DNA from: an uncultured Poribacteria bacterium
GTDB lineage: Bacteria; Poribacteria; WGA-4E; WGA-3G
Reading direction: 5' to 3'
NCBI GenBank assembly: GCA_951813565.1
Contig: OX638351.1
Span: forward strand, 192,001-256,000
Length of the DNA stretch: 64,000 nt
Under the pieces are notes generated by a model, which made no database searches, was not told the origin of the DNA, and saw only the letters and a list, made by a program, of their open reading frames with translations. The position numbers and the translations under genes were made by a program. Positions 1 through 10,293 of this stretch are shown here, piece by piece; the first letter of the stretch is position 1, and each line of letters starts with the position of its first letter.

Positions 1-3
1 AAC

Positions 4-1611
4 TTGCAACAACATGGGGTTCCATTAAAAATAAGTAGGGACTTGCTTGTAAGCGCGCCGATCTACTTTAAGGAAATTCTGAATTTGAACAACGTCCATA
101 CACTTGCCAATAGCACGGAACTATTTATTGATGATGCCTTAATCGCCTCTAAGCAAGGTGTGAAGCGTACGCTACATCCATGTGTAAAGCATGAGACTCC
201 CGTTCTTGAACCTGATCCAGAGAATCCTTGGGAACATGGGGGACCAGATCAATCCAGACGTGTGCACCTCTACGGCACAACGATGTATGATGCAGCGTAC
301 GGCAAATATCGCATGTGGTATATGTGTCGCATGGGTCCGCATTGGCGGTTTGAAGCGAACGAGATTCCAGGACTCTACGTCCCGCGCCCAGATCGCAATC
401 CGTCAACATACAGAGGAAAAACACACGATGCGTACGGACGCAAGTTTGTGGAGAATGATCGCGGGGACCTCACCTGTTATGCGGAAAGCGATGATGGATT
501 GACGTGGACGAAACCGAATCTCGGTCTTTTTGAATTCAACGGAAATCCAAACAATAACATCGTATGGGACCTACACGGTGCCTGTGTATTTCGTGATGAC
601 GATGAAGCTGACCCGCAGAAGCGGTATAAGATGATCGGATTTTGCCGACGGTATCGTAATATATTCCTACTTACATCACCGGACGGTATTCGTTGGGACG
701 ACTCCGACTATTTAGAACCAGTTGCAGAGCGAAACAACGAAGGCGCATTCAATGTTATCTATGATAACAAAGCCTCTCTATTCCGAGCTTATGCGCTGAT
801 ACGTGGCAACGACAAAGATGCACGACGCATGATAGCATATACCGAAAGCCCTCACTTAGAAGGTCCGTGGAGACCGCTTGAACCGATGTTCGGTGCAACT
901 GATCATGATGATGAAGTTGGTGCAGAGAAGTATGGTGCGGATCGTGCCGAAATCCACAACATGTCAGGTTTCCTCTATCATAATATCTATATCGGTATTG
1001 CTGGCGTGTTATATGTGACAGGACCGGGTGCAGCGGAACATGAAATTCCTGTTGACGGACCGATTGATGCGCAATTGGTCTGCAGCCGAGACGGATTCAA
1101 TTGGGATTACCCTGACTCAGATCGCACGCCGATTATTCCACGTGGTGAAAGCGGTTCTTATGATACTGGTATGATTATGGGAACTACCACACAACCTATC
1201 ATCACTGACGATGAAATTCACTGGTATTATACTGGGACGGAGCATACTCACGGTGCGGTGATGAAGGATAGACATAAGGCAATTGGACTTGCCAAATGGC
1301 GGTTAGATGGTTTTGTTTCTCTTGATGCTGATGCAGAGGGTGGTGTCATTGAAACCGTCCCATTGCAGATACCAAACGGTGCACTTGAAATTAATGCAGA
1401 TGCAAGCAGGGGACAGATTGGCGTTGAGGTGTTGACTGCTGATGGACAGGTTCAATCCGGATTTTCGCTTGACGATTGCGTTCCGTTGACAGAGGATAAA
1501 ATACATCATACAGTGCAATGGAAATCTGCTGCATTAGCGAATGCTCAGCAACCGATGCGTCTCCGTTTCATCCTGAACCGTGCAAGACTCTATGCTTTTC
1601 GTGTAGGGTAA
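4..1611 (+). CDS. Glycoside hydrolase-like (GH32/GH43-type beta-propeller) hypothetical protein; true start may be the TTG near 85
   Basis: 535 aa ORF with Asp-box-like motifs (YAESDDGLTW, TSPDGIRW, CSRDGFNW) and a C-terminal 'RLDGFVSL...RLRF.L..A.LYAF' beta-sandwich tail. Confidence 0.6.
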   Translation: MQQHGVPLKISRDLLVSAPIYFKEILNLNNVHTLANSTELFIDDALIASKQGVKRTLHPCVKHETPVLEPDPENPWEHGGPDQSRRVHLYGTTMYDAAYGKYRMWYMCRMGPHWRFEANEIPGLYVPRPDRNPSTYRGKTHDAYGRKFVENDRGDLTCYAESDDGLTWTKPNLGLFEFNGNPNNNIVWDLHGACVFRDDDEADPQKRYKMIGFCRRYRNIFLLTSPDGIRWDDSDYLEPVAERNNEGAFNVIYDNKASLFRAYALIRGNDKDARRMIAYTESPHLEGPWRPLEPMFGATDHDDEVGAEKYGADRAEIHNMSGFLYHNIYIGIAGVLYVTGPGAAEHEIPVDGPIDAQLVCSRDGFNWDYPDSDRTPIIPRGESGSYDTGMIMGTTTQPIITDDEIHWYYTGTEHTHGAVMKDRHKAIGLAKWRLDGFVSLDADAEGGVIETVPLQIPNGALEINADASRGQIGVEVLTADGQVQSGFSLDDCVPLTEDKIHHTVQWKSAALANAQQPMRLRFILNRARLYAFRVG

Positions 1612-1635
1612 TGCTTTTAAGATTATGCACAGAGG

Positions 1636-2058
1636 TTGAAAAAGATGAGACACACTACGGAAATTGAACTCGAAAATCTATACGACTTGGTTGCTGTGAA
1701 GTTAGGCGTTATGGAACCTGAAGATGTGCGGCAACTCACGGTCACGGATGCCCTTGTTGATACAGGTGCAACGGGACTCTGCCTACCAACACCGCTCATT
1801 GAGCAACTTGGTCTCGCCCCTATTGAAACGAGGCGGGCACGTACCGCTACCGGCATCGTTGACCGCGTCCTTTATTCGGAAGTCCAATTTACGATATTGG
1901 AACGAATAGGGACGATGCAAATTACCGATCTGCCTGAGGGCTCTCCTGTCCTCGTCGGGCATATAGTATTAGAACACTTGGACCTCTGTGTTGACATAAA
2001 AGAAGGGTTAATCTATAATCCCGCCCATGATGGTGAGTGGATTACAGAAATTCTCTAA
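1636..2058 (+). CDS. Clan AA (retroviral-like) aspartyl protease
   Basis: ALVDTGAT catalytic motif and 'VLVGHIVLE' C-terminal motif in a 140 aa ORF. Confidence 0.8.
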   Translation: MKKMRHTTEIELENLYDLVAVKLGVMEPEDVRQLTVTDALVDTGATGLCLPTPLIEQLGLAPIETRRARTATGIVDRVLYSEVQFTILERIGTMQITDLPEGSPVLVGHIVLEHLDLCVDIKEGLIYNPAHDGEWITEIL

Positions 2059-2107
2059 CAGTTGGTCTGAGGCACTCAGATTTGTAATCAAAATTTATCT
2101 CTTGTTA

Positions 2108-3724
2108 TCACTGTCCTACATTTGGATCTAATTCCTTAGCCTTCTTAAAATCTGATTTTGCTGCTCTCTTTTGCCCAAGTGCCTCTTTTGCAAGTCCCCG
2201 CTCATAGTAGGTAATTGCCATCTTTGGATTTAACCGGATAGATTCGTCAAAATCTGCAATTGCACTTCTATAATAGCCGAGTGTCTTCTTCGCAAGCCCA
2301 CGTTGGTAGTGATAGTAGTCTTCTGATTTAGAACTGATGTGGAGAAGTATATCAAAATCAATTATCGCTGCTTCATATAACTTTCTGGCTTTCGCGCTAT
2401 TTCCTTCCGCAGATTCAAGTTCACCGAGGCTGTACTTCACCATCCCCCGACTCCCGTAAAAACTATGGGCCTCGGGCTTAATGTTAATAGCTTGCGTCAA
2501 ATCTTCAATTGCCGCTTCATATAAATACCGTGCTTTGACGGTCTTCCATTGCTTAGATTCAGATTGTCCAAAGCCAAATTTTACGACCGCTCGATAGTTG
2601 TACAGTTCTGCATCTTCAGGGTCAATCTTGATAGCGTTATCAAGGTCAACTATTGCGGCTTCATAATTACCAAGTTGGAACTTTGCCTTTGCCCGCGCAT
2701 GATAGGTATCAACAAATTTGGGGACATGTCTAATGACTTTATCAAAGTCAGCTATCGCGCCTTCATAGCTGCCACGATCAAGCTTTATAAGTCCCAGAGT
2801 AAGGTAAGCTTCAATAGATCCTCTATCTTGTGTATCTAATTTAAAACCTTTTTCAAAATCAACTATTGCGCCTTCATGGTTGCCAAGATTATACTTTGCG
2901 AATCCCCGTTTATAGTAAGAATCGGCAAAATTAGGATTTAGTTGGATAGCTTTATCAAATTTAGTTATTGCGTTATTATATTCCTTATTAATCAATTCCA
3001 TTTGTCCTTGACTTATATAGACATACGCTTGAATTAGTTTTCGTTTTTGCCACTGTGCCAAAGGTTCTGTTGCTTCTAACCTGGTAAGCAATGCTTTGAG
3101 GACGTTTGAAGGAATAGCATAACCATGATACTCGCTTCCGAGAGCACAAATCCCAACGACTTGCCCCTTACGGTTTATAATAGGTCCACCACTATATCCA
3201 GGACCCAAACTATTTCCAGGAAAAAGATCGGATTTAAGCCGGATCAACTTTTCGCCATTCTGATTGTTACCTACCACGGTCGCTATAGTATCTTTATATT
3301 TCTCATCAGGAAAACCCGCAGCCAAGAAAAATTCACCACTCTGAACAGTATCACTATTTGCAAGCGGAAGCGGGGTTCTTTTTTCTTTGACTTTTAAGAT
3401 GGCAAGGTCATTTTTCACATCATACGCTGCCACCCCTTCAACTGTCCATTTTGTTTTATTGTTGTCAGGTGATTTCACGAAAATACGTCCAGGACGTGCA
3501 ACAACGTGAATATTTGTCGCAATCTTATCGCGTTCCACGAAAAAGCCACTACCAATTCCTATTTCATTCTCAATCAGGACTACAGAATCTCTGATTTTTT
3601 CAGAACTTACATCGGTTGTTGGTGCATTAAGTTTTTTGGCAACTCCCTGCTGCGGCACACGCGCACAAAAGAGCAAAAATCCTAACGCTAAAAAGATCAG
3701 AAAAACCGTTCTATTTGTTTTCAT
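2108..3724 (-). CDS. Secreted trypsin-like serine protease with C-terminal TPR repeats
   Basis: Hydrophobic signal after MKTNRTV; catalytic triad ATNIHVV / DLAILKV / GYSGGP; multiple TPR units (AI.DFDKAI.L.P...Y..RG.AK). Start moved from 3811 to the ATG at 3724. Confidence 0.85.
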   Translation of the reverse strand: MKTNRTVFLIFLALGFLLFCARVPQQGVAKKLNAPTTDVSSEKIRDSVVLIENEIGIGSGFFVERDKIATNIHVVARPGRIFVKSPDNNKTKWTVEGVAAYDVKNDLAILKVKEKRTPLPLANSDTVQSGEFFLAAGFPDEKYKDTIATVVGNNQNGEKLIRLKSDLFPGNSLGPGYSGGPIINRKGQVVGICALGSEYHGYAIPSNVLKALLTRLEATEPLAQWQKRKLIQAYVYISQGQMELINKEYNNAITKFDKAIQLNPNFADSYYKRGFAKYNLGNHEGAIVDFEKGFKLDTQDRGSIEAYLTLGLIKLDRGSYEGAIADFDKVIRHVPKFVDTYHARAKAKFQLGNYEAAIVDLDNAIKIDPEDAELYNYRAVVKFGFGQSESKQWKTVKARYLYEAAIEDLTQAINIKPEAHSFYGSRGMVKYSLGELESAEGNSAKARKLYEAAIIDFDILLHISSKSEDYYHYQRGLAKKTLGYYRSAIADFDESIRLNPKMAITYYERGLAKEALGQKRAAKSDFKKAKELDPNVGQ

Positions 3725-3854
3725 ACTCGGATACCATATCTTGTTATTTTTATCGATTATACACGAGATATAAGACTGTGTCAAGTTTCTACGGACTAAA
3801 AACAGAACCATTCAATTCTCCTATAATTCTTTCTTCTTTAAAAAAACTCTTCTT

Positions 3855-3879
3855 GTAGGAGCGAGCTCTAGCTCGCGAC
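3855..3879 (+). repeat. REP palindrome of the family flanking the RAYT gene
   Basis: GTAGGAGCGAGCTCTAGCTCGCGAC; the same family occurs at 42864-42888 and 50502-50823. Confidence 0.8.
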
Positions 3880-4045
3880 CTTCCATTAAAAAGCGTAATA
3901 AGCCGACAATTGAACGCCTCTGGGACCAAAGGAGAAGCAAATATACTACAAAAATAGATTAAACACCCTACTGTTAGATTGCGTTATATACTAAATAGAC
4001 ACACTTACAGCAATTCTGGTATCCAATCGAAATAGAGACAAAAAA

Positions 4046-6202
4046 ATGCCTTACAGGACCTTTCTTTTTATACTTACTATGCTCTCTGTGATGAACTTTA
4101 ACGCCTTTGCGATAAAAGAAATTAAGGCGTTAAGAACGCAAGAGACAATCAAGATTGATGGATACCTCAACGAGGAAGATTGGTCGCGGGCACAAGTTAT
4201 TGACGATTTCACGCAACAATATCCCGATGAAGGACAACCGCTCTCTGAACGCACAGAGGTCCGTTTGTTGTATGATACCGAGAAACTTTATATTGGGTTT
4301 AAGTGTTACGACTCACAACCCGAAAAGATCGTAGCAAACGAAATGCGACGCGACGGAATGCTTTGGCAAAATGATAACATTTACATTATGCTTGACACTT
4401 ATGGTGATAAAAGACAGTGCTTCTTCTTTCGGATAAACCCTCTGGGAGCACAGTCAGACACCGCTGTCACTGATGGTGGCGAGAACCTCAACGGGAGCTG
4501 GGACTGTATTTGGGAATGTGCTGGACGACAGCACGAAAAAGGATGGACAGTAGAGATAGCGATTCCCTTTAACCAACTGCGTTTTAAGAAAAAAGATTCG
4601 ATGGTGTGGGGTGTAAATTTTGGACGCAATATTCCGCGCACAAACGAGACATCGCAATGGGTCCAAGTACCCAAAAGCCAGAGTTGGCCAGGCACTTATA
4701 ACCCGATATATCAAGGCAAACTGACTGGACTACAAGGTATTTCATCCCCATCATATTTTAATGTCAAACCGTATCTAATTGGCGGGTTAGCGGAGCATCT
4801 TGATGATGCAGATTGGCAGCGCAATACCGAACGCGATATCGGATTGGACATGAAATACGGTGTCACCTCAAACCTAACATTAGACTTGACGATGAATACC
4901 GATTTCGCACAGGTTGAAGCAGACCAGGAACAGGTTAATCTCAATCGATTCAGTCTCTATTTTCCTGAGCGGCGCGATTTTTTCCTTGAAGGCAGTGGGC
5001 TTTTCTCGTTTGGTGCTGGCGTCGGAGGCTGGGGTCCGCCGCCGTTGGCTGTTTTTTACAGTCGCCGCATCGGAATTGTGGATGATGATAAAGAAGTTCG
5101 ACTTCTTGGCGGTGGTAAACTGACAGGGAAAGTTGGGGCTTATAGCGTTGGAGCACTCAACATGACAACCGCCGCTTCCGAGCAAACCCCTATGACAAAC
5201 TTCTCTGTGTTAAGAATGCAACGCGATATCCTCAGTGATTCGAACGTTGGCTTTATTCTCACCAATCGGCAGAGCGATTTCGGCGGTAGTTATCATCGCA
5301 ATGGTGGCATAGATCTATTCTTAAGACCTCATGACCAGTGGCGAATGCGTGCAATGACCGTTGGAAGTTGGTCACCCAATCCTAACGAACGCGATTATGC
5401 ATGGTATCTTTCAAATAATTGGCGTAATAAATATTTCCGTGTTAACGCTTCTTATCTTGACATCGGTCCCGATTTTACAAGCGAAATGGGTTACATGTAT
5501 CGAAGGGATATAAGGTCATTCAATATGAATACTGGAGTTAACTCGCAAATCAACCGATACCTGATACGGGACCTTGGAGCAAGTGTTTCAGGTAATTATC
5601 TACTGGATCACGACAATAGACTAATTGGATGGGAAGCGTATTTTGGCGGAGATATATCCTTTCCTGCAGGTGACGGTATCAATATTGATTTTCAAAGGTA
5701 TTTTGACCGAGTTGATGAATCGTTTAGTATTGATGATGCTGAAATACTGGCTGGCGATTACGAAATGAATGAGTTTTCACTTAGTTTTTACTCTGATTCC
5801 AGCCGTCCGTTTTCAGTGTATGGAGGGGGAAATTACGGGGATTTCTTTCAAGGAGATAAGTTGGGTATTTATGTAGACAGCCAATGGCGCGTAACGCATC
5901 AACTTGCTATTGATACACGATTTAATCGAAATTTTATTTATTTGCCTGAGATAGAACGTTTGACGACAACCGTCATAGGTGGACGGGTTAGTTACGCTTT
6001 CAACACCCGCATCTTTACAAAAATGTTCACTCAATGGAACCATAGTGAAGAACGAGCAAGCACAAATTTTTTGCTCAATTACATCTATCGTCCCGGCAGC
6101 GATTTTTATCTCGTCTATAATCAAATTTGGCGGACATCGGATGGTTTCCACACCGACGAATGGACAATATTGAGTAAATTTACTTTTTTACTTAGCTTAT
6201 AG
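4046..6202 (+). CDS. CBM9-like / DUF5916-type outer-membrane protein
   Basis: Signal peptide, IKIDGYLNEEDW and GWTVEIAIPF (CBM9-like), NTDFAQVEAD...PERRDFFLEG, and a C-terminal beta-barrel pattern. Confidence 0.75.
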   Translation: MPYRTFLFILTMLSVMNFNAFAIKEIKALRTQETIKIDGYLNEEDWSRAQVIDDFTQQYPDEGQPLSERTEVRLLYDTEKLYIGFKCYDSQPEKIVANEMRRDGMLWQNDNIYIMLDTYGDKRQCFFFRINPLGAQSDTAVTDGGENLNGSWDCIWECAGRQHEKGWTVEIAIPFNQLRFKKKDSMVWGVNFGRNIPRTNETSQWVQVPKSQSWPGTYNPIYQGKLTGLQGISSPSYFNVKPYLIGGLAEHLDDADWQRNTERDIGLDMKYGVTSNLTLDLTMNTDFAQVEADQEQVNLNRFSLYFPERRDFFLEGSGLFSFGAGVGGWGPPPLAVFYSRRIGIVDDDKEVRLLGGGKLTGKVGAYSVGALNMTTAASEQTPMTNFSVLRMQRDILSDSNVGFILTNRQSDFGGSYHRNGGIDLFLRPHDQWRMRAMTVGSWSPNPNERDYAWYLSNNWRNKYFRVNASYLDIGPDFTSEMGYMYRRDIRSFNMNTGVNSQINRYLIRDLGASVSGNYLLDHDNRLIGWEAYFGGDISFPAGDGINIDFQRYFDRVDESFSIDDAEILAGDYEMNEFSLSFYSDSSRPFSVYGGGNYGDFFQGDKLGIYVDSQWRVTHQLAIDTRFNRNFIYLPEIERLTTTVIGGRVSYAFNTRIFTKMFTQWNHSEERASTNFLLNYIYRPGSDFYLVYNQIWRTSDGFHTDEWTILSKFTFLLSL

Positions 6203-6367
6203 AGCGGCATTTCTTTAGACTAATTGCTTCACGTTTTCTTCAAAAGTGCATCCGAAAATGTGTATATGTGAATCATTACTATTTTATTGAAAATGGCATC
6301 CTATTACGGTTGTCTTGCGAAAAGTAGGATGCCAACCAAACAACAATCTATAAAAGGAGTTTCACCT

Positions 6368-6853
6368 ATGCAAAAACAAAAAATTGCAGCGAGTTACCAA
6401 CAGTTCCACGTCATTACTCACAATTTGGACGAGACAGAAGATCTCAAAGCTGAGTGTAAGGTGCAATTGGGTGAAGGCGTTCGGCTCGCTGACTGGAACG
6501 ACATAGTGGCTTACGTCGAAGCGGGTGGTTCAATTGAGGATTTTATCGCTGCCCTTAAGATACCACTTGAGTATGTCAAGCCCGAGGATATGGAACCGAT
6601 ACCGAATACCTCCTATCGTATTTCAATGAACGGTGAACTGCACTGGAGCGGCGATCGCCACTATTTCTTTGCGCGACATGATCACAAATTACGTGGAGAT
6701 TTTTTGGCACACGGCAATCTTGATAATTACAGATTGTCATTGGGTTCATGGTTTGGCAAGGGTGGCTTTGCGCTCTGCTACGGAGACCCAGATAGCACGG
6801 AGGCACCCCCTGAGCCAGAAACCAGAGAACCGGTGCGGAAATCGGGTGGCTGA
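6368..6853 (+). CDS. Hypothetical protein
   Basis: ORF with AAGGAG RBS before the ATG at 6368; no recognisable motif. Confidence 0.6.
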   Translation: MQKQKIAASYQQFHVITHNLDETEDLKAECKVQLGEGVRLADWNDIVAYVEAGGSIEDFIAALKIPLEYVKPEDMEPIPNTSYRISMNGELHWSGDRHYFFARHDHKLRGDFLAHGNLDNYRLSLGSWFGKGGFALCYGDPDSTEAPPEPETREPVRKSGG

Positions 6854-6927
6854 GGCTGTGGCTGCTAACGCAGTGGCGGTGCCATTGCCTTGTTTTTTTA
6901 TCCGGTAGGCCGTTTACAAAGCGTACC

Positions 6928-7255
6928 ATAGGTATCAATTTAGTGCCTGATTTTCTTGTGGGAGTGAATCAACGCAGCATGCGCGCGTGGCATGCTGCGG
7001 GTTGAAAACCCCGATAAAACTTGTTTTGAACCTCACAAAATCGGGCTTAGAAAGCCCTCCCACAAGATATAATACCAAATTAACGGAATTCGTCTTGTTT
7101 TTCCAGTGTTTTTTCTACTCTTCCGCTCCAGCGGAGCGGTATGTTTATAGCACGTGGAGTTTTCTGTCTTCCGCTCCAGCGGAGCGGTATGTAAAGACAA
7201 TGAATCAAATGAATCTGGTATAATCTGGTAATTATGTGCTTAAATTGACGCCTAT
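6928..7255. mobile_element. MITE-like element containing REPs
   Basis: Terminal inverted repeats ATAGGTATCAATTTA / TAAATTGACGCCTAT; flanked on both sides by CGTTTACAAAGCGYACC; similar ends at 53665-53840 and ~42997. Confidence 0.6.
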
Positions 7256-7474
7256 AGCGCGTTTACAAAGCGCACCTATCAAGTAGGATTGTAATCATCG
7301 GCGTAACCAACCAGTGCTAACACCGAGTGGCTGTGGCTGCTAATGCCAATTACGCTTGAATTTACTATAAAATTCTATGTGAAATAAAAAATCCTTGTAG
7401 GCGCGGTTTCGAACCGCCTCTACAAGGATTTGTTCATTATTTTAAATTATAATTTCAACATAGATTTTGATTGA

Positions 7475-8491
7475 CTACGCCCAAGGTTCCAATACAACCT
7501 TACCGCACTCACCAGTCGCTTGTAATTCCCATGCTTTTTGCACTTCTTGCATCGGAAAACTGTGTGTGATATAGGTGTCTAATTTATCGGCAGATTCTTG
7601 GATAACCTTCATCAATTTTGGATAGAATCCAAGGTTGTAGTGCCAATTCCCGCGTAGAACCAGACCCTTACGAATCATATCTCGACTTGCAGCAAGTGGA
7701 AATTCGCCACCTTCCCCGACAAACGTAACCTGTCCTTTTCTTCGGGCTGCATCCACCATCAACCGATGTGCTGCGGATGCACCTGAGCAATCAACTGCCT
7801 TGTCAATCCCGATACCGTTTGTCAGTTCACGAATTTGATCGAGAATATCTTCATCATTTGGGTTTAGGACAACCTCTGCACCTAACTTCTTGGCAAGTTC
7901 TGCACGGTACGGATGGCTTTCTACCCCAAAAACACGCGCACCACGATAGCTGGCATTGATGATACCACCAAGCCCTACAGGACCTAAACCGGTTACCATC
8001 ACAGTATCCAATGCATCAACTTGCATCTGTTCCATTGCACCAAATGTCGGTCCGAGTCCACAGCATGCCATACCACCGTGTGCATAACTCATCCCATCAG
8101 GAATTGGGAATAACAGGTCCTCCATTTTGTGCATATACTGTGCATAAGTCGCTCCAGCAACATCAGTACCGACGATTTCTCGGATATTTCGCCCACCAGT
8201 ACAATGAATATGTTCACCGATAACGCACATATTACACTTACCACATGAATTCTGCGGTTGCACTACAACGCGATCTCCTACCTTGACGCGACCGGGTTGT
8301 GCGACTTCAACGACTTCACCCGCCGCTTCGTGACCGAAATGCTCACCCGTGCCACCACCTTTGAATCCCTTGTATTCAGTACACATTGGAACCGCATGGA
8401 TTTTTACGACTACGACATCTCCCGCTGCCTTGGGATCAGGTTTGTCAACTACGCCACCTTTGCCTTCACCAAACATTGCTGCTACTTTCAT
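7475..8491 (-). CDS. Zinc-binding alcohol dehydrogenase (MDR family)
   Basis: GHEAAGEVVEV, structural Zn site CGKCNMC...C, and GLGPVG nucleotide-binding motif. Confidence 0.9.
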   Translation of the reverse strand: MKVAAMFGEGKGGVVDKPDPKAAGDVVVVKIHAVPMCTEYKGFKGGGTGEHFGHEAAGEVVEVAQPGRVKVGDRVVVQPQNSCGKCNMCVIGEHIHCTGGRNIREIVGTDVAGATYAQYMHKMEDLLFPIPDGMSYAHGGMACCGLGPTFGAMEQMQVDALDTVMVTGLGPVGLGGIINASYRGARVFGVESHPYRAELAKKLGAEVVLNPNDEDILDQIRELTNGIGIDKAVDCSGASAAHRLMVDAARRKGQVTFVGEGGEFPLAASRDMIRKGLVLRGNWHYNLGFYPKLMKVIQESADKLDTYITHSFPMQEVQKAWELQATGECGKVVLEPWA

Positions 8492-8767
8492 ATAAATTTA
8501 ACCTCAATCTCTCAACACCTAATTAATCACGTTTTATGCAGAGAGAAAGAGCATTCCTCCTTCTAAGATGTGTTAATACCATAGCACATCCAATGAAATC
8601 TATCAAGGCATAATTCATATAGCGTTCGTAAAATTTTTAACGTTAAGCACTTCTCCATCTTGCGAGAGGATATGCTGATCGGAAGGTCTTTTTACAGTGA
8701 AGTGTCCTAATCAGAAAATTAACTTCGGAACAGATTCTTTAGTATCACACGAAATAGGATTTTGGTA

Positions 8768-9517
8768 TTATTTTCGTGCTAAGAGGTTGGCTAAAGACGA
8801 GTATTCACTGCTTTGAGGTAATTCTTTAATAACGGTGTTTCCGCTACGCTTAAAGAGTTTGTATGCCTTACTGTCAGAGGCAGAAGTAAGAATTCGGTAG
8901 TGCTCTCCAACGATCTCAATCGCGGCGTTATTGTCACAGGCGATTCCAATGCCACCTCGTTTTACTATCATCTCCGAAAGAGAGGTTTCGCGCTTCTCAA
9001 AGTGATAGTGCGGACAAAATACAGCATTGATGAATCCCAGTCCTCTCACGCGGATATAGTCCCAGTTCGGATTACTGGAGAAAGACCGAGAATCACTGTG
9101 TCCGTATCTAAACCAGCAGATCGCACCAGCACTCAGCCCAGACAGAATAATGCCGCGGGATGCAGCTTGTGCCAACACGTTATCTAATCCCAACCGTCGC
9201 CATAACTTCATCATTTTATAGGTATTTCCACCACCAACATAGATAAGGTCAGAATTCAGCACTATTGCAGCCATATCCGCAAATGCTGGTGGATTTTCAA
9301 CGAGCTTGAGAATGCGTGTTTGACATCCAAAATGTCTACCGTAATACGCCTCAAAAGTTTCAATGTATCCAAGGGCATCGCTGCTTGCGGTTGGAATAAA
9401 GAGAGCTTTAGGTTCAGTTTTCCCTGTCAATTCAATGATGCGTTCGTCAATCGCATCGGTTTCACGTTCACTAATTTCACCTCCACCTATCGCAACAATC
9501 TTAGGAACTGTTTTCAT
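8768..9517 (-). CDS. Peptidase E family (S51)
   Basis: IVAIGGG, FIPTAS, IYVGGGNT, GLSAGA and CPHY motifs; start at MKTVPK after an AGGAG RBS. Confidence 0.85.
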   Translation of the reverse strand: MKTVPKIVAIGGGEISERETDAIDERIIELTGKTEPKALFIPTASSDALGYIETFEAYYGRHFGCQTRILKLVENPPAFADMAAIVLNSDLIYVGGGNTYKMMKLWRRLGLDNVLAQAASRGIILSGLSAGAICWFRYGHSDSRSFSSNPNWDYIRVRGLGFINAVFCPHYHFEKRETSLSEMIVKRGGIGIACDNNAAIEIVGEHYRILTSASDSKAYKLFKRSGNTVIKELPQSSEYSSLANLLARK

Positions 9518-10293
9518 CAATCGTCTCCTTGTTTGCTTCTTCAACACATGATGGATTAGACGTTTTCTAAAAAAGACATATTGCGGCGGTGAATGAAAAC
9601 CTACCATCCGACTTTCATCTGAACTAATTGGAAGAATGATAACAGTTTTGATAATAACAGTCAAGAACACCCAAAATTCCGCTCAGTCTTTTATTGACAA
9701 CTTCCGCGTAGTATGGTATTATTCTAGCCCAAGTTGCTACCTATTGAAATCAGATCAATTTCCTTAGAGTTGGAGTTATTTCTCTTTCGCTCCAGCGGAG
9801 CGGTATGTATAGTAACTTTGAGGAGCAATCACTATGAGAAAATCTATCCGACAGGGCTATTTAGTTGACGGATGTGCATAAATAATTCCGATGTTAAATA
9901 TGCGCTTAAAGGTAATAGGCACACGCCGTGGGTTTCCGTCCACAAGTTCAAAGAGGCGCAGCATGCCACACGGGGAATGCCCGTTGGCATTCCCCGGCGT
10001 GTGCCTACTACTTTGCATTGCACATCTTTTTTCTAAGTTGAAGCTATGGATAGAATGATAGCGAAACTAAACTACAATGCTGCTATAAAACATTACCGTT
10101 TGTGATAAAATACGCCAGAAAAACCGAAAACTAAATAACCCAGTCTATCCGAAAACTTATCTGGCACAGAAAATTAAAAAATGGTATACTTGTTAATCAA
10201 AATTATCCGTATGCCACCACCCAAAATTGATCAAAAACACATTTATTGACAACGTAGCATACAGGTTGCTGCGATTAAATAAGGAGAAAGTTA

